64,000 nucleotides of DNA from Mobula hypostoma (GCF_963921235.1 NC_086097.1:124064001-124128000); one strand, 5' to 3'. Positions 48,613-62,734 are shown, counted from the stretch's first letter. The notes: generated from the sequence alone by a model not told the origin. Made by a program: numbers and translations.

Positions 48613-50534
48613 ATTACTTACATATGTCATGAAAGTTGTTTTATTTGTGGCAGTAGTGCAGTGCACGGTACTTCATAAAATTCCTATGGTACTGTGCAAA
48701 AGCCTTAGGTGCCCTGGCTGTATTTATGTGCCTTAGGCTTTTAATACTGTAAGTGGAGGTGCTTCCTTGAGATAAATATTTCTTTAGTAAAATTCCCATG
48801 GGTTTGCTGTCTGTTGACAATCTAATTCTGATTTTTTTCATAGGGAGAAGAGGAAATGATTATCGTTTTAATTAACTACCAATGACTATACTCTTTTCCA
48901 TTAATGATGCCTGGCTAGCTGAGATCCTCTAGCATTTTGTGTGTGTTGCTTGGATTTCCAGCATGTGCAGATTTTCACTTGTTTGTGAATGAATATTACA
49001 TTGTTTGATAAACTATCATTCCACAAGTATCAATAGAAGGGATTGTCTTGTCAGCTTTTAAAGCAAATCTCCCCATTAGCTTCCTGCTGTGAGCCGACAG
49101 GCTGTAATCGTAATCCATGCTAACCTAATACAGTTCTCTCCATGCATGTATTAATTGAATTCCATAAGAGCAAGTTTTAATTTCATATCTTAAATATTTT
49201 AGCTGGTGATTTGTGAATTCAGTAAGGGTGAGTAATCCAATATTGTCTGCTATAATGCAGGGGTAGACTGTAATAAGTTTTCAGTTACAAGTAATGGAGG
49301 CCCAGTGGCCAGTTTTGCTTATTTAGCCAGAATTCATCCCTAAAGCTGCATAATCAAAATCAGGATATTTCCTCATTTGGTTTATTCACTAAACACTGTG
49401 TTGTGACAGCAATAATTAGCCTACAGCGATTTGTGAGTACTAATGAAGGGAAAGAGTCTTCCTTAAACAACCCTCCCGCCCCTCTAACCCCTTCTCACTC
49501 CCCTTCAACCCTTCCTCTCTGCTGTCTGCCCGCCTGACCCATTCTCACTCAGAACTGATCCTTCTTTCTCTCTCCAATACTTTGACCCTTTCTATATCTA
49601 ATATTCAAAGTAAATGTATTGTCAAAGTACATGTATGCCACCATATCCGTACTTCAAGATTCATTTTCTTGCAGGCATTTACAGGAAATTAAAGAAGTAC
49701 AATGGAACTTATAAAATCCATAGGTAACAAAGACGAGCAAACAACCAATGTGCAAAGAAGACATAATCATGTAAATAAATAATACTGAACCCAAGGAAGG
49801 ATAGGAGTGTAACAAAGGTTCACCGGGTTGGTTCCTGGAATGCTGATAGAGAGAATGAGATGTAATCCTTTTCAACAGTCAGAGAGCAATACAGCTCAGA
49901 AATGGGCCTTTTGGCCCACCATGCCTATGCAAACCATCGTGTTTCTCTATATTAATTCTACTTGCCCTAGATATGACTATATATGTCCATGTCTTGCTCA
50001 TTCAGGTACCTGTCCAGATGTCTCTTAAGTATTTCTACTGTTTCAGATACAGATTTATTTATCACATGTACACCTAAACATACAGTGAAATGCGTCATTT
50101 GCATTAACACCCAAGACACCTAGGGATGTGCTGGGAGCAGCCCACAAATGTTGCCACACATTCCAGTGCCAGCATAGCGTGCCCAGAGTTGCTCGGTAGA
50201 ATAACACAGAACACAACAAAATAGACACAGCAAGCAATAAAACAACAATAGCACCCACTGCCGCCCACCCACACACACGGACAGTCCTCCAAATCCAGGA
50301 TAAGCCTCCGGACCTTCAGTCCCCAGGCTTGAGCCATCAGGCTTCAACTTCCGGACTTCTGATCAACTGCCATCCCATCTTCTTTAGCAACTTATTCTAG
50401 ATACCAACTACTTTTTGTGTGAAAAATTTGCTGCTTGGATCCCTTGAAAATTGGTCTTTCTCTCCTTAAAACTCTGCCCTCTAATTTTAGACAACTGGCT
50501 ATGGGAGCAGACTTGGGGCCATCTTCACTATCTT

Positions 50535-50922
50535 TTGTCCGTTCATTATGTGCCGTGTCATATAACATGGGCGATCGTGACTTTTTTCCATGACCATGAT
50601 TGTTCAAGCAAATTTTTCTACAGAAGTGATTTGCCATTGCTTTCTTCTGGGCAGTGTCTTTACAAGACAGGTAACCCCTGCCATCATAGAGATTGTCTGC
50701 CTGGCATCAGAGGTTACATAACCAGGACTTGTGATATGTGCCAGTTGTTCATACCACCATCCACCACCTGCTACCGTGGCTCTGATCGGGGGCGGGGGGG
50801 GTGCGGCTAAGCAGGTGCTACACCTTGCCCAAGGTTGACCTGCATGCTTGCTGAGGGAAGGAGCTCCTCACACTGCAATTACACTGCCTTTGGTAGAGAT
50901 GTAGCTCCACCCTGCCATCCCC
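50535..50922 (-). mobile_element. RTE-related short non-autonomous element inside an old CR1
   Basis: gaagaaagcaatggcaaatcacttct resembles the RTE/BovB-type GGCAATGGCAAACCAC motif. Short flanking repeat ctatct. Confidence 0.55.
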
Positions 50923-50929
50923 TGCTATC

Positions 50930-52070
50930 TATATCTCACATAATTTTGTTCACCTCTATCATGTCACCACTTGGCCTCCTTCACTCTGGGGGAAACAGAT
51001 CTAACCTGTCCAATTTCTCCTTATAATCAAACCCTCTAATCCAGACAAAATCATTGTAAAATTGTTCTGCACCCTCTAGCCTAATCACATTTTCTGCAGG
51101 GTGGCAATCAGAACTGCATGTAGTACTCCAAAGGTGGCCTAACCACGTTCATTTACAAGTGTAGCATGACATATTCATTGCTTCAGCCACTGAAGGCAAT
51201 CATGTCATATGCCTTCACCACCCTGTCTAGCCATGCTGCTACTTTCAGAGAATTAATTGGAGTCATAGAATCATGCAGCTCAAAAACAGGCTCGTCAGCC
51301 CATCTGTCCATGCTGATCAAGTTGCTTACCTGAGCTAGTTTCATTTGCTTAAATGGGTCTCTTTCCTAGCCAAGTATCTGTCCAAATGTCTTTTAAACTT
51401 TGTAATTGTATCCATGCCTTGGTAGCTTGTTCCAAGTAACCACCACACTTTGTGTGGAAAGTCTTGCTCTCAGGTCTTTTTTAAATCTCTCCCCTCTCAT
51501 ATTAAATCTATGTCTTCTAGTTTTGGACCTCCCCCGTGGGAAAAGATCTGTGACCATTCATCTTGTCTCTGCTGCTCTTAATTTTACATATATACATCTG
51601 CTCGCCTCCCAGGAGGGAAAAAAAGCCCCAGCCTATCCAGCCTTTCCTGGTATCTCATGCCCTGAAGTCCTAGTAACATCCTTGTGAATATTTTCTTTGC
51701 TTTTTTCAGCTTAATTACAACTTTCCTATAGCTAGGTGACTGGAACTGCATACAATACTCCAAATGTGGTCTCACCAGCATCTTGTACAGTTGTAACATG
51801 ACATCGCAGCTCTTGACCTCAATGCCCTGACCAATGAAGCACCACCTTCACCACTCGTGTCACCTATTTCATGGGACTGTACATTCGTAGCCCCAGGTGT
51901 CTCTATTATGTAACAGTCTCCAGGACCCTGTTTAAGTCCTGCCCTGGATTAACTTCTCAAAATGAGCACTTGCACTTGCCCAAGTTAAATTCTAATTGCC
52001 ATTCCTTGGCCCACTTTACGAGTTGATCTACATCTTGTTGTAATATGAGATAACCTTCTTTGCTGCACAA
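50930..52070 (-). mobile_element. Old CR1 fragments
   Basis: ORF 51584-51799 MLQLYKMLVRPHLEYC and CR1 3' UTR remnants. Confidence 0.8.
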
Positions 52071-52705
52071 GATGATAAGAAGCATTGATTGAATGGATAG
52101 CTAGACTTTTCCCAGGGCAGAAATGACATACTCCTTTTCCCTGTTTCCTGTGTTCTCGTTGCAGCAGACTGCAGCAACCTGCACTATAATGGTGGCTGAA
52201 TATGGGACAAATGAGTGAGGAAAGAAATAAGTGGAACAAAGTGACTGAGGATTAGGTGTTCAAGGAGAGAATGTCCTATCAGCAGAGAAAGGGAGTCCAG
52301 GGAGAGGGGAGAACGTACCCAAGGAGCAGGGAGAGATGTCCTGTGAGGTGGGAAGAGGGTTAAAGGGCACTTGAGAGAATGAGAGGGGAAGAAGGAGCCT
52401 GCAGTCCAGGGAAATGGGGAGCAGGACGAGGGAGAGGGTAGGGAAAGGGGTTATCCATGCAGCATTGATATGGTGGAGGAGTTCGCATGTTTTGGGGGAG
52501 TGAGTGGCCAGGGATGAGGAAAGAACTGGTGATGGTCACAATTACGGTATTTAAATTCAGGCTTAATTGATCTTGCATCATATTGTACTGTAAAAGTCAC
52601 TGTTCTGTGATCTCATTTCTAAGCAAACATGATTATAAAGCAAAATCAAAAATGTTAATGTACAATAGTTTGTCTTATTCTTTGTGTAATATGACTTTAG
52701 ATATA

Positions 52706-53480
52706 CAGTAAATCCAGTTAATTGAGACATATCAGGACTGGTATATTTTGGCCCAATTAAGCAGCTGCCCCAGCTGTTTGAATAATAAATTATGTATTTA
52801 AATAAAATTCAGAACAAACTGGAACACTATTGGAGTACTATAGAACTGTCTATTAGTTCCTAAGAACTATTGGTATTAGTTTGATAGAGGAATTTCTCCG
52901 CTGCAGTGTTCGTTTGATTGACTGTACCTGAACAAAATCAGTGCAGACGCCTGGTGTAGATAATGCACTGCCTTCATACAATGTTATTGATGATTGCATC
53001 CTCCAAATCTTCAACTTCATTGTAGCATTCAAGATGATTGTTGATACCTCCAAATTCTTCATAGCTCTTAACTTGCTGAAGTAGTGAAATCATTTCATTT
53101 TTACTTCCAGCCATTTTTGGCATCTTCAAGCCTGACTGCTTTAAACCACAGTGAACAAAACAGTTCGGAATTATCTCGCCAACTATCAGTGACAAAATTA
53201 CTACCCTTTGAATACAAGCACATGCACCCGAAGCTACTTAAAATCCGTTCGCTCTAAGCAGAGTGTAGTGTCTAATGGCCACACAAATGCACGCAGCTGA
53301 AGCTGGTTAGAAGCTGTACAGGAACAGTCTCCTGCTCCAATTCAGTGGCCAAATAAACAAATTCCCAAATAAACAAAGGGAATCCCCGCTAATTTCTGGA
53401 TTAGTTTTTGTTCTTTAAGATTTGTCCCAAATAAATGTCTGCCCTGATTAACTGATGGTCTAATTAACTGGAATCCACTG
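52706..53480 (-). mobile_element. pogo/Tigger-like non-autonomous DNA transposon
   Basis: TIRs cagtaaatccagttaatt / aattaactggaatccactg with TA flanks. Remnant IIPNCFVHCG..acidic C-terminus. Confidence 0.8.
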
Positions 53481-53985
53481 TATTCACGCTTTTTATAAGT
53501 ATTATTCAGTGCTGTTTCTATATTCCTATTTTATAACCTGCATTCAAAACAAAACTGAAAATACTTTTTGCAGAAAATAAAGCTTTTTTTAAAAAATCAG
53601 TTTAATAAATAATACATTGGCTTAAGATTGTACAGTGTTTGCCAAAACACTTAATTTCTTGGTTGGGTTGATTGGTATTTTTTCACAATAAGTTTAGTTG
53701 ACTCACTGGTTATAAAGCAAACAGCTCTCTGCCTATGCTGATGAAGAGGGAAGTACTGCTTTTACTTTCCATGAAAATCAAGTGCATTCTTAACATTCTT
53801 TTTCCAATTAGCTGGTTGTGAACTTTGCTGAAGGTCTCTTACCTTGGACATCGTTTTCAATCTGAGTGCCATGTTGTTACCCTATTAAACTTGTGATACA
53901 GTTTCTTTACCTTCCCCTTCTTAAAGACTGCAATAGTTCTTTCCACTGATGCAATCTAGCTTGTAATATATGAACTTCCTTCTAG

Positions 53986-54438
53986 ATCCTAATACACCGG
54001 TGGGCAGAGAAACATCAAAGGTAAATGCTGTCATGGGGAACGCACAGAAAAAATGTTCACCCACTCGAGAAAGTCAGACTAAAGAGAAGAAAAGTGGCAA
54101 TACTGCAGCGCAGAAAGACAATAAAGATACTGATGGTGATTTAACAAGATTAAAGAAAACAGAACAAAGTAGACACAAACATGAAACAAAAAGTGAAAAT
54201 GTCAAGGATGTTTCAGTTTCAGTGCTAAGAGAAGGCCAAGAATCTCCGAGAACTGACTCCAACCAGGTTCTTCCCCCTGGGTCAAGTACACAGACAGAGA
54301 AAGAAGCGAATAGCCTAGGGGCTCTGCCTTCTCCTGTGTCAAAGCTTAAGAGTGAAGGAAATGAACTGTTCAAAACTGGGCAATTTGGAGATGCAGTGAT
54401 GAAATACACTAAAGCTATTACTGAGCTTTCTGAATCAG
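53986..54438 (+). CDS. SPAG1: SPAG1 large coding exon: linker plus start of TPR domain 2
   Basis: ccttctag acceptor, gtatga donor. 453 nt, phase 1-1, inside ORF 53970-54458. Contains VMGNAQKK and LKSEGNELFKTGQFGDAVMKYTKAI. The acceptor was chosen by phase compatibility. Confidence 0.9.
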
Positions 54439-54899
54439 GTATGATAGCAGCCTTTTAATATATTGATTAAAGTACACTGCATACGCATATGCATTCCTCC
54501 TAATCATATGCATACAATTTTGGAGGTAAAATGTTTGCATGTTTGATTTTAGCACATGAATTTGATTTGAAATACTGTTTTTCGTAGATGGTTTAAGTAC
54601 ATAAATGTTTTCCACTGGTTAGATGTGATCAGTATTGCTTTTCATAAGGCTACTTTTAATTTACTTATGGAGAATTTTGTATCTCCTGAATGGCCATAAT
54701 GTTCTTTGTATCTAATGTAAAAGCAATGTATAGCTAAGAGGAAGTATAATAAAATATAGTTACTGTAAGATAGTCGGGCCATTTGTTTTTAGTGTTCAGA
54801 TATACATTTGTTAACATTTGTTTCTCAAACCATCTATTATCAAAAATCCATATGAAATACACCGTCTATTTTAAAAATAAAAGTGAAGCAATAACATGC

Positions 54900-55505
54900 T
54901 ATAAGACCATAAGACATAGGAGCAGAATTAGTCCATTCAGCCCATTGAGTCTGCTCTGCTATTCCATCATGGCTGATTTATTACCTCTCTCAACCCTGTT
55001 TTCCTGCCTTCTCTCAATAACCTTTGATGCCTTGGTAAATCAAGAACCTATGAACCTCTGCTTTAAATATAAATGACTTGGCCTCCACAACCATCTGTGG
55101 TAATGAATTTCATAGATTCACCACCCTCTAGAGAAACTCCCCCTCATCTGTTTTAAAGGGACGTCCTTCCATTCCGAGGCTGTGCCCTCTGGTCCTAGAC
55201 TCCACCAATATAGGAAACAACTTCTCCGCCTCCACTCTGTCTAGGCCTTTCAATATTCAATAGCTTTCAATGAGATCCCACTTCATTCTTCTAAACTCCA
55301 ACGAGTAAAGGTCAAAACCATCAATTATTCCTCGCACATTTATCTTTTCATTCCAGGGGTCATACGTGTGAACCTCTTCTGGACCCTCTCCAATGGCAGC
55401 ACATCCTTTCTTAGATAAGGGGCCCAAAACCGCTCGCAATATTCCAAGTGTGGTCTGACCAAAGCCTTATAAAGCCTCAGCACTATATCTTTACTTTTAT
55501 ATTCT
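54900..55505 (-). mobile_element. CR1 LINE 3' fragment
   Basis: LYSLEFRRMKWDLIE and tail cctatgtcttatggtcttat. Confidence 0.88.
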
Positions 55506-56261
55506 GTTTACCTCTGAGTCTAATCTACGTAGTGGTAGAACACAAAGTGGCCTTGACTTCTCCAGACCTAAGGTGGAAAGATTAGGTAAGATTTGCTGCT
55601 CAGATTGTTAACCAGTGACCTTGCTGGTTGGTCTGTGCTTAGAAACTTAACGAAGATAGGTTAGATTTAGATGGTGCTCATTTTACCGACCCCCATGGAG
55701 GGGCAACAAATGATTACTCATTATAATGAATTGGCACCATATAGGTTGGAAGTCTGCTGGCACCTTTGGGATCTAATCTCACCACAAGTCAGCAGCTTCA
55801 AGGAAAAGAAAGAATGGTGGATGGTGAACTTGAAACTTGAAAAGGTTTACCATTTGTAATCAGGGTAGAGATGAATAAAGTTCTGATATTATCATTACCA
55901 TAAACCATCAATTTACTTGTTTGTGCTAAAAAGTTATATATCTGTGTGGTTGGGTGGCTCATTAGTACAGCACATTGACGTACTAATTTGCTTTGTCACG
56001 CATTGTATTTAAATGTATTTTAAAAGCCAACTGAAGTCTGAAGTGAGTAGAATGGAGAGAAGTTTAAAAGGGCAGTCACTTTTGATGCACAGTGTCTTGC
56101 ATCCATCTGTTGGATTGCCAGTCATCTTTCTCATAGATGCAAGGTGCCCCTAAAGGAGAGCCAAATATGATTTTATCTTGCTCTTCTTCCTTTTGAAGTT
56201 GGCCATCATGAGTTGTATTTCCTTACCCCTGAGTTCCCAAATACCCAGTAGTATAAATTGC

Positions 56262-57900
56262 CATACAGAAGTAATGATGGGGTACAGAGAAATAGCAGGT
56301 GAATTCAATAAGTATGTTGCATCAGTCTTTGCTGAGGAAGGTACCAGCAGCATGCTAAAAATTCAAGAGTGACAAGGTCAGAAGTGAGTGTAGTTGCTAT
56401 TACTAAGGAAAAGGTACTTGGAAAACTGAAAGGTCTGATGGTAAATAAGTCACCTGGACCAGATGGACTACACCCCAGGATTCTGAAAGAGGCAGATGAG
56501 GTGATTGTAGAGGCGTTCATTGTGATCTTTCAAGAATCTGAAAGGGTTCAGAAGGATTAGAAAATTGCAAATATCATTCCACACTTTAAGAAGGGAGGGA
56601 GGTGAAAGATGAAATTATAGGCCAGTTAGCTGATTTCACTGGTTGGATGATGTTGGAGTCCATTAGTAAGGATGAGGTTTTGGGGTATTTCAAGGCACAT
56701 GATAAAATAGGTTGAAGTCAGCAGGGTTACCTTGAGGGGAAATCTTCCCTGACATATCTGTGGGAATTATTTGGGGAAATAACAAGCAGGAGAGGCAATG
56801 AATGTTGTTTAGAAGGCCTTTGACAAGGTGCTACACATGAGGCTGCTAAATTAGATAAGAGCCCATAATATTACAGGAAAGATGCTAGCATGGATAGAAA
56901 ATTGGCAGGAGGAAAAGACTGGAAATAAAGGGAACCAGTTCTGGTTGGCTGTCACTGACTAGTGGTGCCCCCTAGGGGTCAGTTTGGGGCCACTTCTTTT
57001 CATGTCAATGATGGATGGCAGAATTGATGGCTTTGTGGCCAAGTTTGCAGACGATACAAAGATAGGTGGAGGGGCAGGTAGCGGGCAGGAGCACACAGGG
57101 AGTCTGCAGAAGGACTTAGATGGATTAGGAAAATGGGCAAAGAAGAGACTAATGAAATACAGTGTAGGGAAGTGTATAATCATGCACTTTGGTAGAAGGA
57201 ATAAAAGTGTAGACTATTTTCTAAGTGGAGAGCAAATCCAGAAACCAGAGATGCAAAGGGACTTTAGAGTCCTTGTGCAGAATTCCTTAAAAAATAACTT
57301 GCAGGTCAAGTTGGTGGTAAAGAAGGCACATGCAGTGTTAGAGAGGGCTAGAATATAAGAACAAGGAGGTAATGCTGAAGCTTTATAAAGAATTGGTCAG
57401 ACCACACAGAATATTGTGAGCAGCTTTGAGCTTCCTATCTAAGAAAGGATTTGTTGCCATTGGAGAGGGTCCAGAAGGAGGTTCACAAGAATGATCCCAG
57501 GAATGAAAGGGTTAAGGTATGAGGAGCACTTGATGGCGCTGGGCCCACACTCACTGGCATTTAGAAGAATGAGAGGTGATTTCATTGAAACCTATCAAAT
57601 ATTGAAAGGCCTAGATGGAATGGATGTGGGGGTACACCCTCAGAGTACAAGCATGTCTTTTTAGAACAATGATAAGGAGGGATTGCTTTAGCCAGAGGGT
57701 GGTGAATCTGTGGAACTGATTGCCACAGATGGCTGTGGAGGCCAAGACATTGGGTGTATTTAAAGCAGAGATTGTTTAGTGAGAGCATCAAAGGTTGCAG
57801 GGATAAGGCAGGAAAATGGGATTGAGAAGGATTCAGCTATGATAGGATGGCAGAGCTGATGTGATGGGTAATTTCAGCTCCTTGTCTTATGCTCCTATTA
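56262..57900 (+). mobile_element. Decayed CR1 LINE RT portion
   Basis: KSPGPDGLHPRILKE, FVAKFADDTKIGG and a 3' UTR. Confidence 0.9.
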
Positions 57901-58053
57901 GAAATTGGGTGAAATCAGAACCTATGGTTGTTTCCACTGTCAAAAAAGCTCATTGATATTAAAGTGTAACTTAATAAGCCTGTTTGTAAACTTTCCACTT
58001 TACAAAAAGTGAAACATATGGAAAAATGCTGCTTTTTGTGCTCTTTTTGTAAG

Positions 58054-58153
58054 GGGTGGATTGCCCAGCAGAATTAAGCATCTTGCTATCAAATCGAGCG
58101 GCGTGCTACTTGAAGGATGGAAATTGCAATGAGTGCATAAAAGATTGTACAAG
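58054..58153 (+). CDS. SPAG1: SPAG1 coding exon, TPR domain 2
   Basis: tttttgtaag acceptor, gtaagt donor. 100 nt, phase 1-2. GVDCPAELSILLSNRAACYLKDGNCNECIKDCTR. Confidence 0.96.
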
Positions 58154-58736
58154 GTAAGTGTGATGACAGATTTTTTGTCGTAGATTAAATCATTTTTATA
58201 AGATAGCCATGTACAGGCTATAAAGTTAGGACCATTGAGTACTTATTTTTGTCAACATTAAAAAAATAATTAATTGTGATTTGAATCACATTGGATGATG
58301 GGCAATTAATACCATCTATATCTCTTAAATTGGTTCAAATCAAAGTGTAAAACTGGGTGTAGCTCAGTTTCTGACATTTTTAGCTAATGATGCAAAAAAT
58401 GTGGAAAGTAAAAAAATAACGATTGTTTCTTAAATTAAAAGTAGGGCAAACAACGGATTAGTTAATGCTTTCATGTGAAAATTGTTAACAAAACGTAAAT
58501 ACAGCAAACTTCATTTCAGCCACACTCATACATTTTGAAAGTGGGTATCACAGACAATGTGCATTGAATATATTTTCTTAGCATGTATTCACAAAAATGC
58601 AAATCTTGAGTTCTTCACCTTCAGTAGGGCTTAATATTCTATATTGAATTTGCAAGACAATACATTATAATTTGATTTCAATGACTGCTAAGATCTATCA
58701 CCTGCAAAATGAGATGTGATGATCCAAAATATCAAA

Positions 58737-58737
<1 letters not shown>

Positions 58738-58777
<40 letters not shown>
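58738..58777. repeat. (TG)20 microsatellite
   Basis: Pure TG run. Confidence 0.97.
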
Positions 58778-58780
<3 letters not shown>

Positions 58781-58814
58781 TGTGATAAGGGAGGAGAAAT
58801 AGATGTTTCCATAA

Positions 58815-61800
58815 TTTTAGTGTGTGCCTTCAAGCTCCTGAGCCTCCTGTCTGATGGTAGTAATGAGAAGACAGCATGTCCTTGGGTGGTGGGGGTCTTC
58901 AATGATGGAAGTTGCCTTTTGAAGATGTCCTCAATGATGGGGAAGCTGGTGCCCATGATGGAGCTGGCTGAATTTACAACCCTCTGCAGCTTTTTCCGAT
59001 CCTGTGTATTGATGTCTGTGTACCAGGTGATGCAACCAGTTAGAATGTTCTCCATAGTACATCTGTAGAACTTTGCTAGTTTGTGCTGACATATCAAATC
59101 TTCATAAGTGCCTTCGTCATAATTGCATCAATATATTGCGCCCAGGATAGATCTTTAGAGATGTTGGCGTCCAGGAATTTGAAACTGCTCACCCTTTTCT
59201 CTGCTGATTCCTCGATGAGGACTGGTGTGTGTTCTCTCAACTCCCCTTTCCAAAGGTCCACAATCAATTCCTTGGTCTTACTGATGTTGATTGCAGAGTT
59301 TTTGTTGTGACACCACTCAAGCAGCTGATCTATCTCACTCGTGTACGGCTCCTCATCACCATCTGAGATTCTGCGGAAAATAGTTGACAACACTGATGGT
59401 CAGAAGTCATTCATTGTTGTCTTAAAATGGAGTTGCTTTTCTCGTTGAGCTTGGAGTGGTTATTCCAAAGATATCTCATCAATCATAGTGGTTTCTATGC
59501 ATGATGTTGCTGGTATTTCAATGGTGTTGAAACTCACATTTAAAAAAAAATATTATGTACCATTTTATGAGGTAACCAACAATAGCAACTAGTATTCAGT
59601 ATATCTAATAGTTAAAGAATATTCACAAATAAGCATTAAAATCTTAGAATGAATCGATAATATATTTGGTAAGCATCAGTACAGAAGTTAGAACTGAAGT
59701 TACGATGGTGTTGAATGCTCAGTTGTAATCAATGAACAGCAGCCTGGCATTGGTACTACTATTGTCCAGGTAATCCAAGGCCAAGTGGATAGCCAATGAG
59801 ATTGCATCTGCTGTAGACCTATTGAGGCAATAGGCAAACTGCATCATGTCCAGGTTGTTGCTTAGGCAGGAGTTGATTCTAGTCATGTCCAACCTCTGAG
59901 AAGCACTTCATCACAGTAGATGTGAGTGCCACTGGGTGATACATTGAGGCAGCTCATCTGCTCTTCTTGGGCACTGTTATGATTGTTACCCTTTTGAAGC
60001 AGGTGGGAACTTCCGACTGCAGCAATGAGAGATTGAAGATATCCTTGAACACTCCCACCAGCTGGTTGGCATAGATTCTCAGCAGACTATGAATCTCCTG
60101 GTTCATCCATGACTTTTGGTTTGGGTATGTCCAATAGTTCACAAGATCACAAGACAAAGGAGCAGAAGTAGGCCATTTGGCCTATTGAGTCTGCTCCGCC
60201 ACTCCACCACGAGCTAAACTATTCTCCCATCTAGTTCCAATTTCCGGCTTTTTCCCCCCTATTCCTTGATATCCTGACTAATTAGATACCTGTCAATCTC
60301 CTCCTTAAACACCCTCAATGATCGGGCCTCCACAGCTGTATGTGGCAACGAGTTCCATAAATCCATGACCCTCTGGCTAAAAAAATTCTTATCATCTCTG
60401 TTTTAAATGGGTACCCTCTAATTCTAAGACTGTGGCATCTTGTCCTGGACTCACCCACCAAGGGAAGCAGCCTTTCCACATCTACTCTGTCCAACCCTTT
60501 CAACATTTCGAAATGTTTCTAGGAGATCCCCTCTCATTCTTCTATACTCTAATGAATACAGTCCAAGAGCCGACAAACATTCCTCATATGTTAGCCCCTG
60601 CATTCCAGGAATCATCCTTGTAAATCTTCTCTGAACTCTGTCCAACATCAGTACATCCCTTCTAAGATAGGGGGCCCAAAACTGCACACAGTATTCCAAA
60701 TGAGGTCCCACCAGTACCCCATAGAGCCTCATCAACACCTCCTTCCTCTTATACACTATTCCTCTTGAAATGAATGCCAACATAGCATTTGCTTTCCTTA
60801 CTGCCGATCCAACCTGGTGGTTAACCTTTAGGGTATCCTGCACGAGGACCCCCAAGTCCCTTTGCACTTCCGATTTTTGAATTTTCTCCCCATCTAAATA
60901 ATAATCTGCCCGATTATTTCTTCTTCCAAAACGTACAACCGTGCATTTCTCAACATTGTATCTCATCTGCCATTTCTTTGCCCACTCTCCTAAACTGACC
61001 AAGTCTCTCTGCAACCTTTCCGTTTCTTCAACACTTTCTGCTCCTCCATCTATCTTGGTGTCATCCGCAAACTTAGCCACAAAACCATTTAATCCATAAT
61101 CTAAATCATTGATATACATTGTAAGAAGAAGCGGCCCCCTGTGGAACACCACTAGTAACTGGCAACCAATCAGAATAGGATCCCTTTATTCCCACCCTTT
61201 GCTTTCTGCCTATCAGCCAATGCTCCACCCATTCCAATATCTTTCCTGTAATTCCGTGGGCTCTCATCTTATTAAGCAGCCTCTTAATTGGCACCTTATG
61301 GAAGGCCTTTTGAAAATCCAAATACACAACATCCACAGCCTCTCCCTTGTCAATCTTATTTGAGATTATCTCAAAAAATTCCAGTAGGTTGGTGAGGAAT
61401 CTTCTCTTCCTGAAACCATGCTGGCTTGGGCCTATCTTGTCATGCACCTCGAGGTATTTCATAACCTCGTCCTTGAGGATCGACTCCAATAACTTTCCAA
61501 TTACTGATGTCAGACTAATAGGTCTGTAATTTTCTTTTTGCTCAAAGACACACAGTCATTCACACAGGTCTTGATGAAGTCAGTTACAACTGTGGCATAT
61601 TTATTCAAGATTCGAAGATGAATCTCTAGCTATTGTCCAGTCCACCAACTAAAAAAAATTTTTAAGCATTCTTCTGCTCCCTTGACCATGCCTTCTTGAT
61701 CCTCACTACTGGTGCTGTGGTCTTTCGTCTCTGCTTATATGCTGGGAGTAGATGTACAGCCAGGTGAACGGACCTTCCAAAGTGTATGCGTGGGATGGCA

Positions 61801-62400
61801 TGGTAAGTTGTCTTGATAGTGGTATAACAGTGGTCAAGTGTGTTGACACCTATACCTCTTCGGGTGATATGTTGATGGTAACTGTTCAGAGACTTCTTTA
61901 ACTTGGCCTAGTTGAAACCACTTGAAATGATAGAGAAGGCATCAGGATGCGCTGTTTTGTGCCTGCTGATTACAGTGCACAGCTCCTCCAGTGCTGACCT
62001 AAGGTGGAATGTACATCGCTACCAGGAAGATGGTGCAAAACTCCCTAAGCAGATAAAATGGACGGCATTTGACCACTGGATGTTCCAGGTCGGGAGAACA
62101 GGACTGAGACAGAACCGCCACATGTGTGCACCACAATGAGTTAGTCACGAAGCATACTCCACCTCCTCTACCTTTAAAAGACTGAGATATCCTGTCTTTA
62201 TGGGGAATGGTGAAGCCATCGGGCTGCAACACTGCATCAGAAATGGTGGGGACAGCCATGTTTCCATGCAGCAAAGTACACAGCAGTCCTTGATATCCCT
62301 CTGGTAAAGCAATCTTACTCTGAGGTCTTCGATTTTATTTTGCAGAAACTGTATATTCGCCAGCTGGATAGTCAGGAGTGGTGGTCTAAGGCCTCAGCAT
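58815..62400 (-). mobile_element. Fragmented old Rex1/Babar LINE (pieces ~58815-59395, 59705-60140, 61540-62400)
   Basis: [47 protein letters not shown] and INISKTKELIVD. C-terminal FYRCTMENILTGCITWY. Confidence 0.85.
60141..61540 (-). mobile_element. Fairly young CR1 LINE RT/3' part nested in Rex1
   Basis: ORFs 61106-61489 and 60451-61152 (YLDFQKAF, SGVPQG, KFADDTKI, PHLEYCVQFW) and a (tcttgtga) tail. Confidence 0.95.
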
Positions 62401-62734
62401 TTTGATCTTACCTGTAGTCCAGCATGCCGTCTCTGCTTCCATATTCTTAAAGGGGAACTGCACTTGCAATCTGAGCCTGCGATCCAGGATCCATTGATTT
62501 TGCATATTTATAAAATTTTTAATATGTGTCAACATGATGTTGTTTACCGAAGTACCCATGGCTATGAATGTGCATTTCAGGAATATTTGATAATTCCCAT
62601 CAGATAGAGTCACCTCTTATCGGCACTATCTTATTTTTGTTGGCTTTGGACATATTTTAATAACCATTAAGCTGCAGGTTTTAAAAAGATGTTACAGTTC
62701 ACATTTTACTAAGGCAGAAAATGACGAAAGGTCA

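Noticed and set aside
48825..48880. Strong-looking acceptor (tttttttcatag) as an extra SPAG1 exon
   Set aside because: The phase-1 frame hits TAA within ~11 codons, no good donor is nearby, and the flanking exons already join in frame.
50805..50922. HDV-like ribozyme at the 5' end of the RTE-related element
   Set aside because: Some pairing is possible (aggtg/cacct hairpin), but no P3/L3/P1.1 core fits in this degenerate copy.
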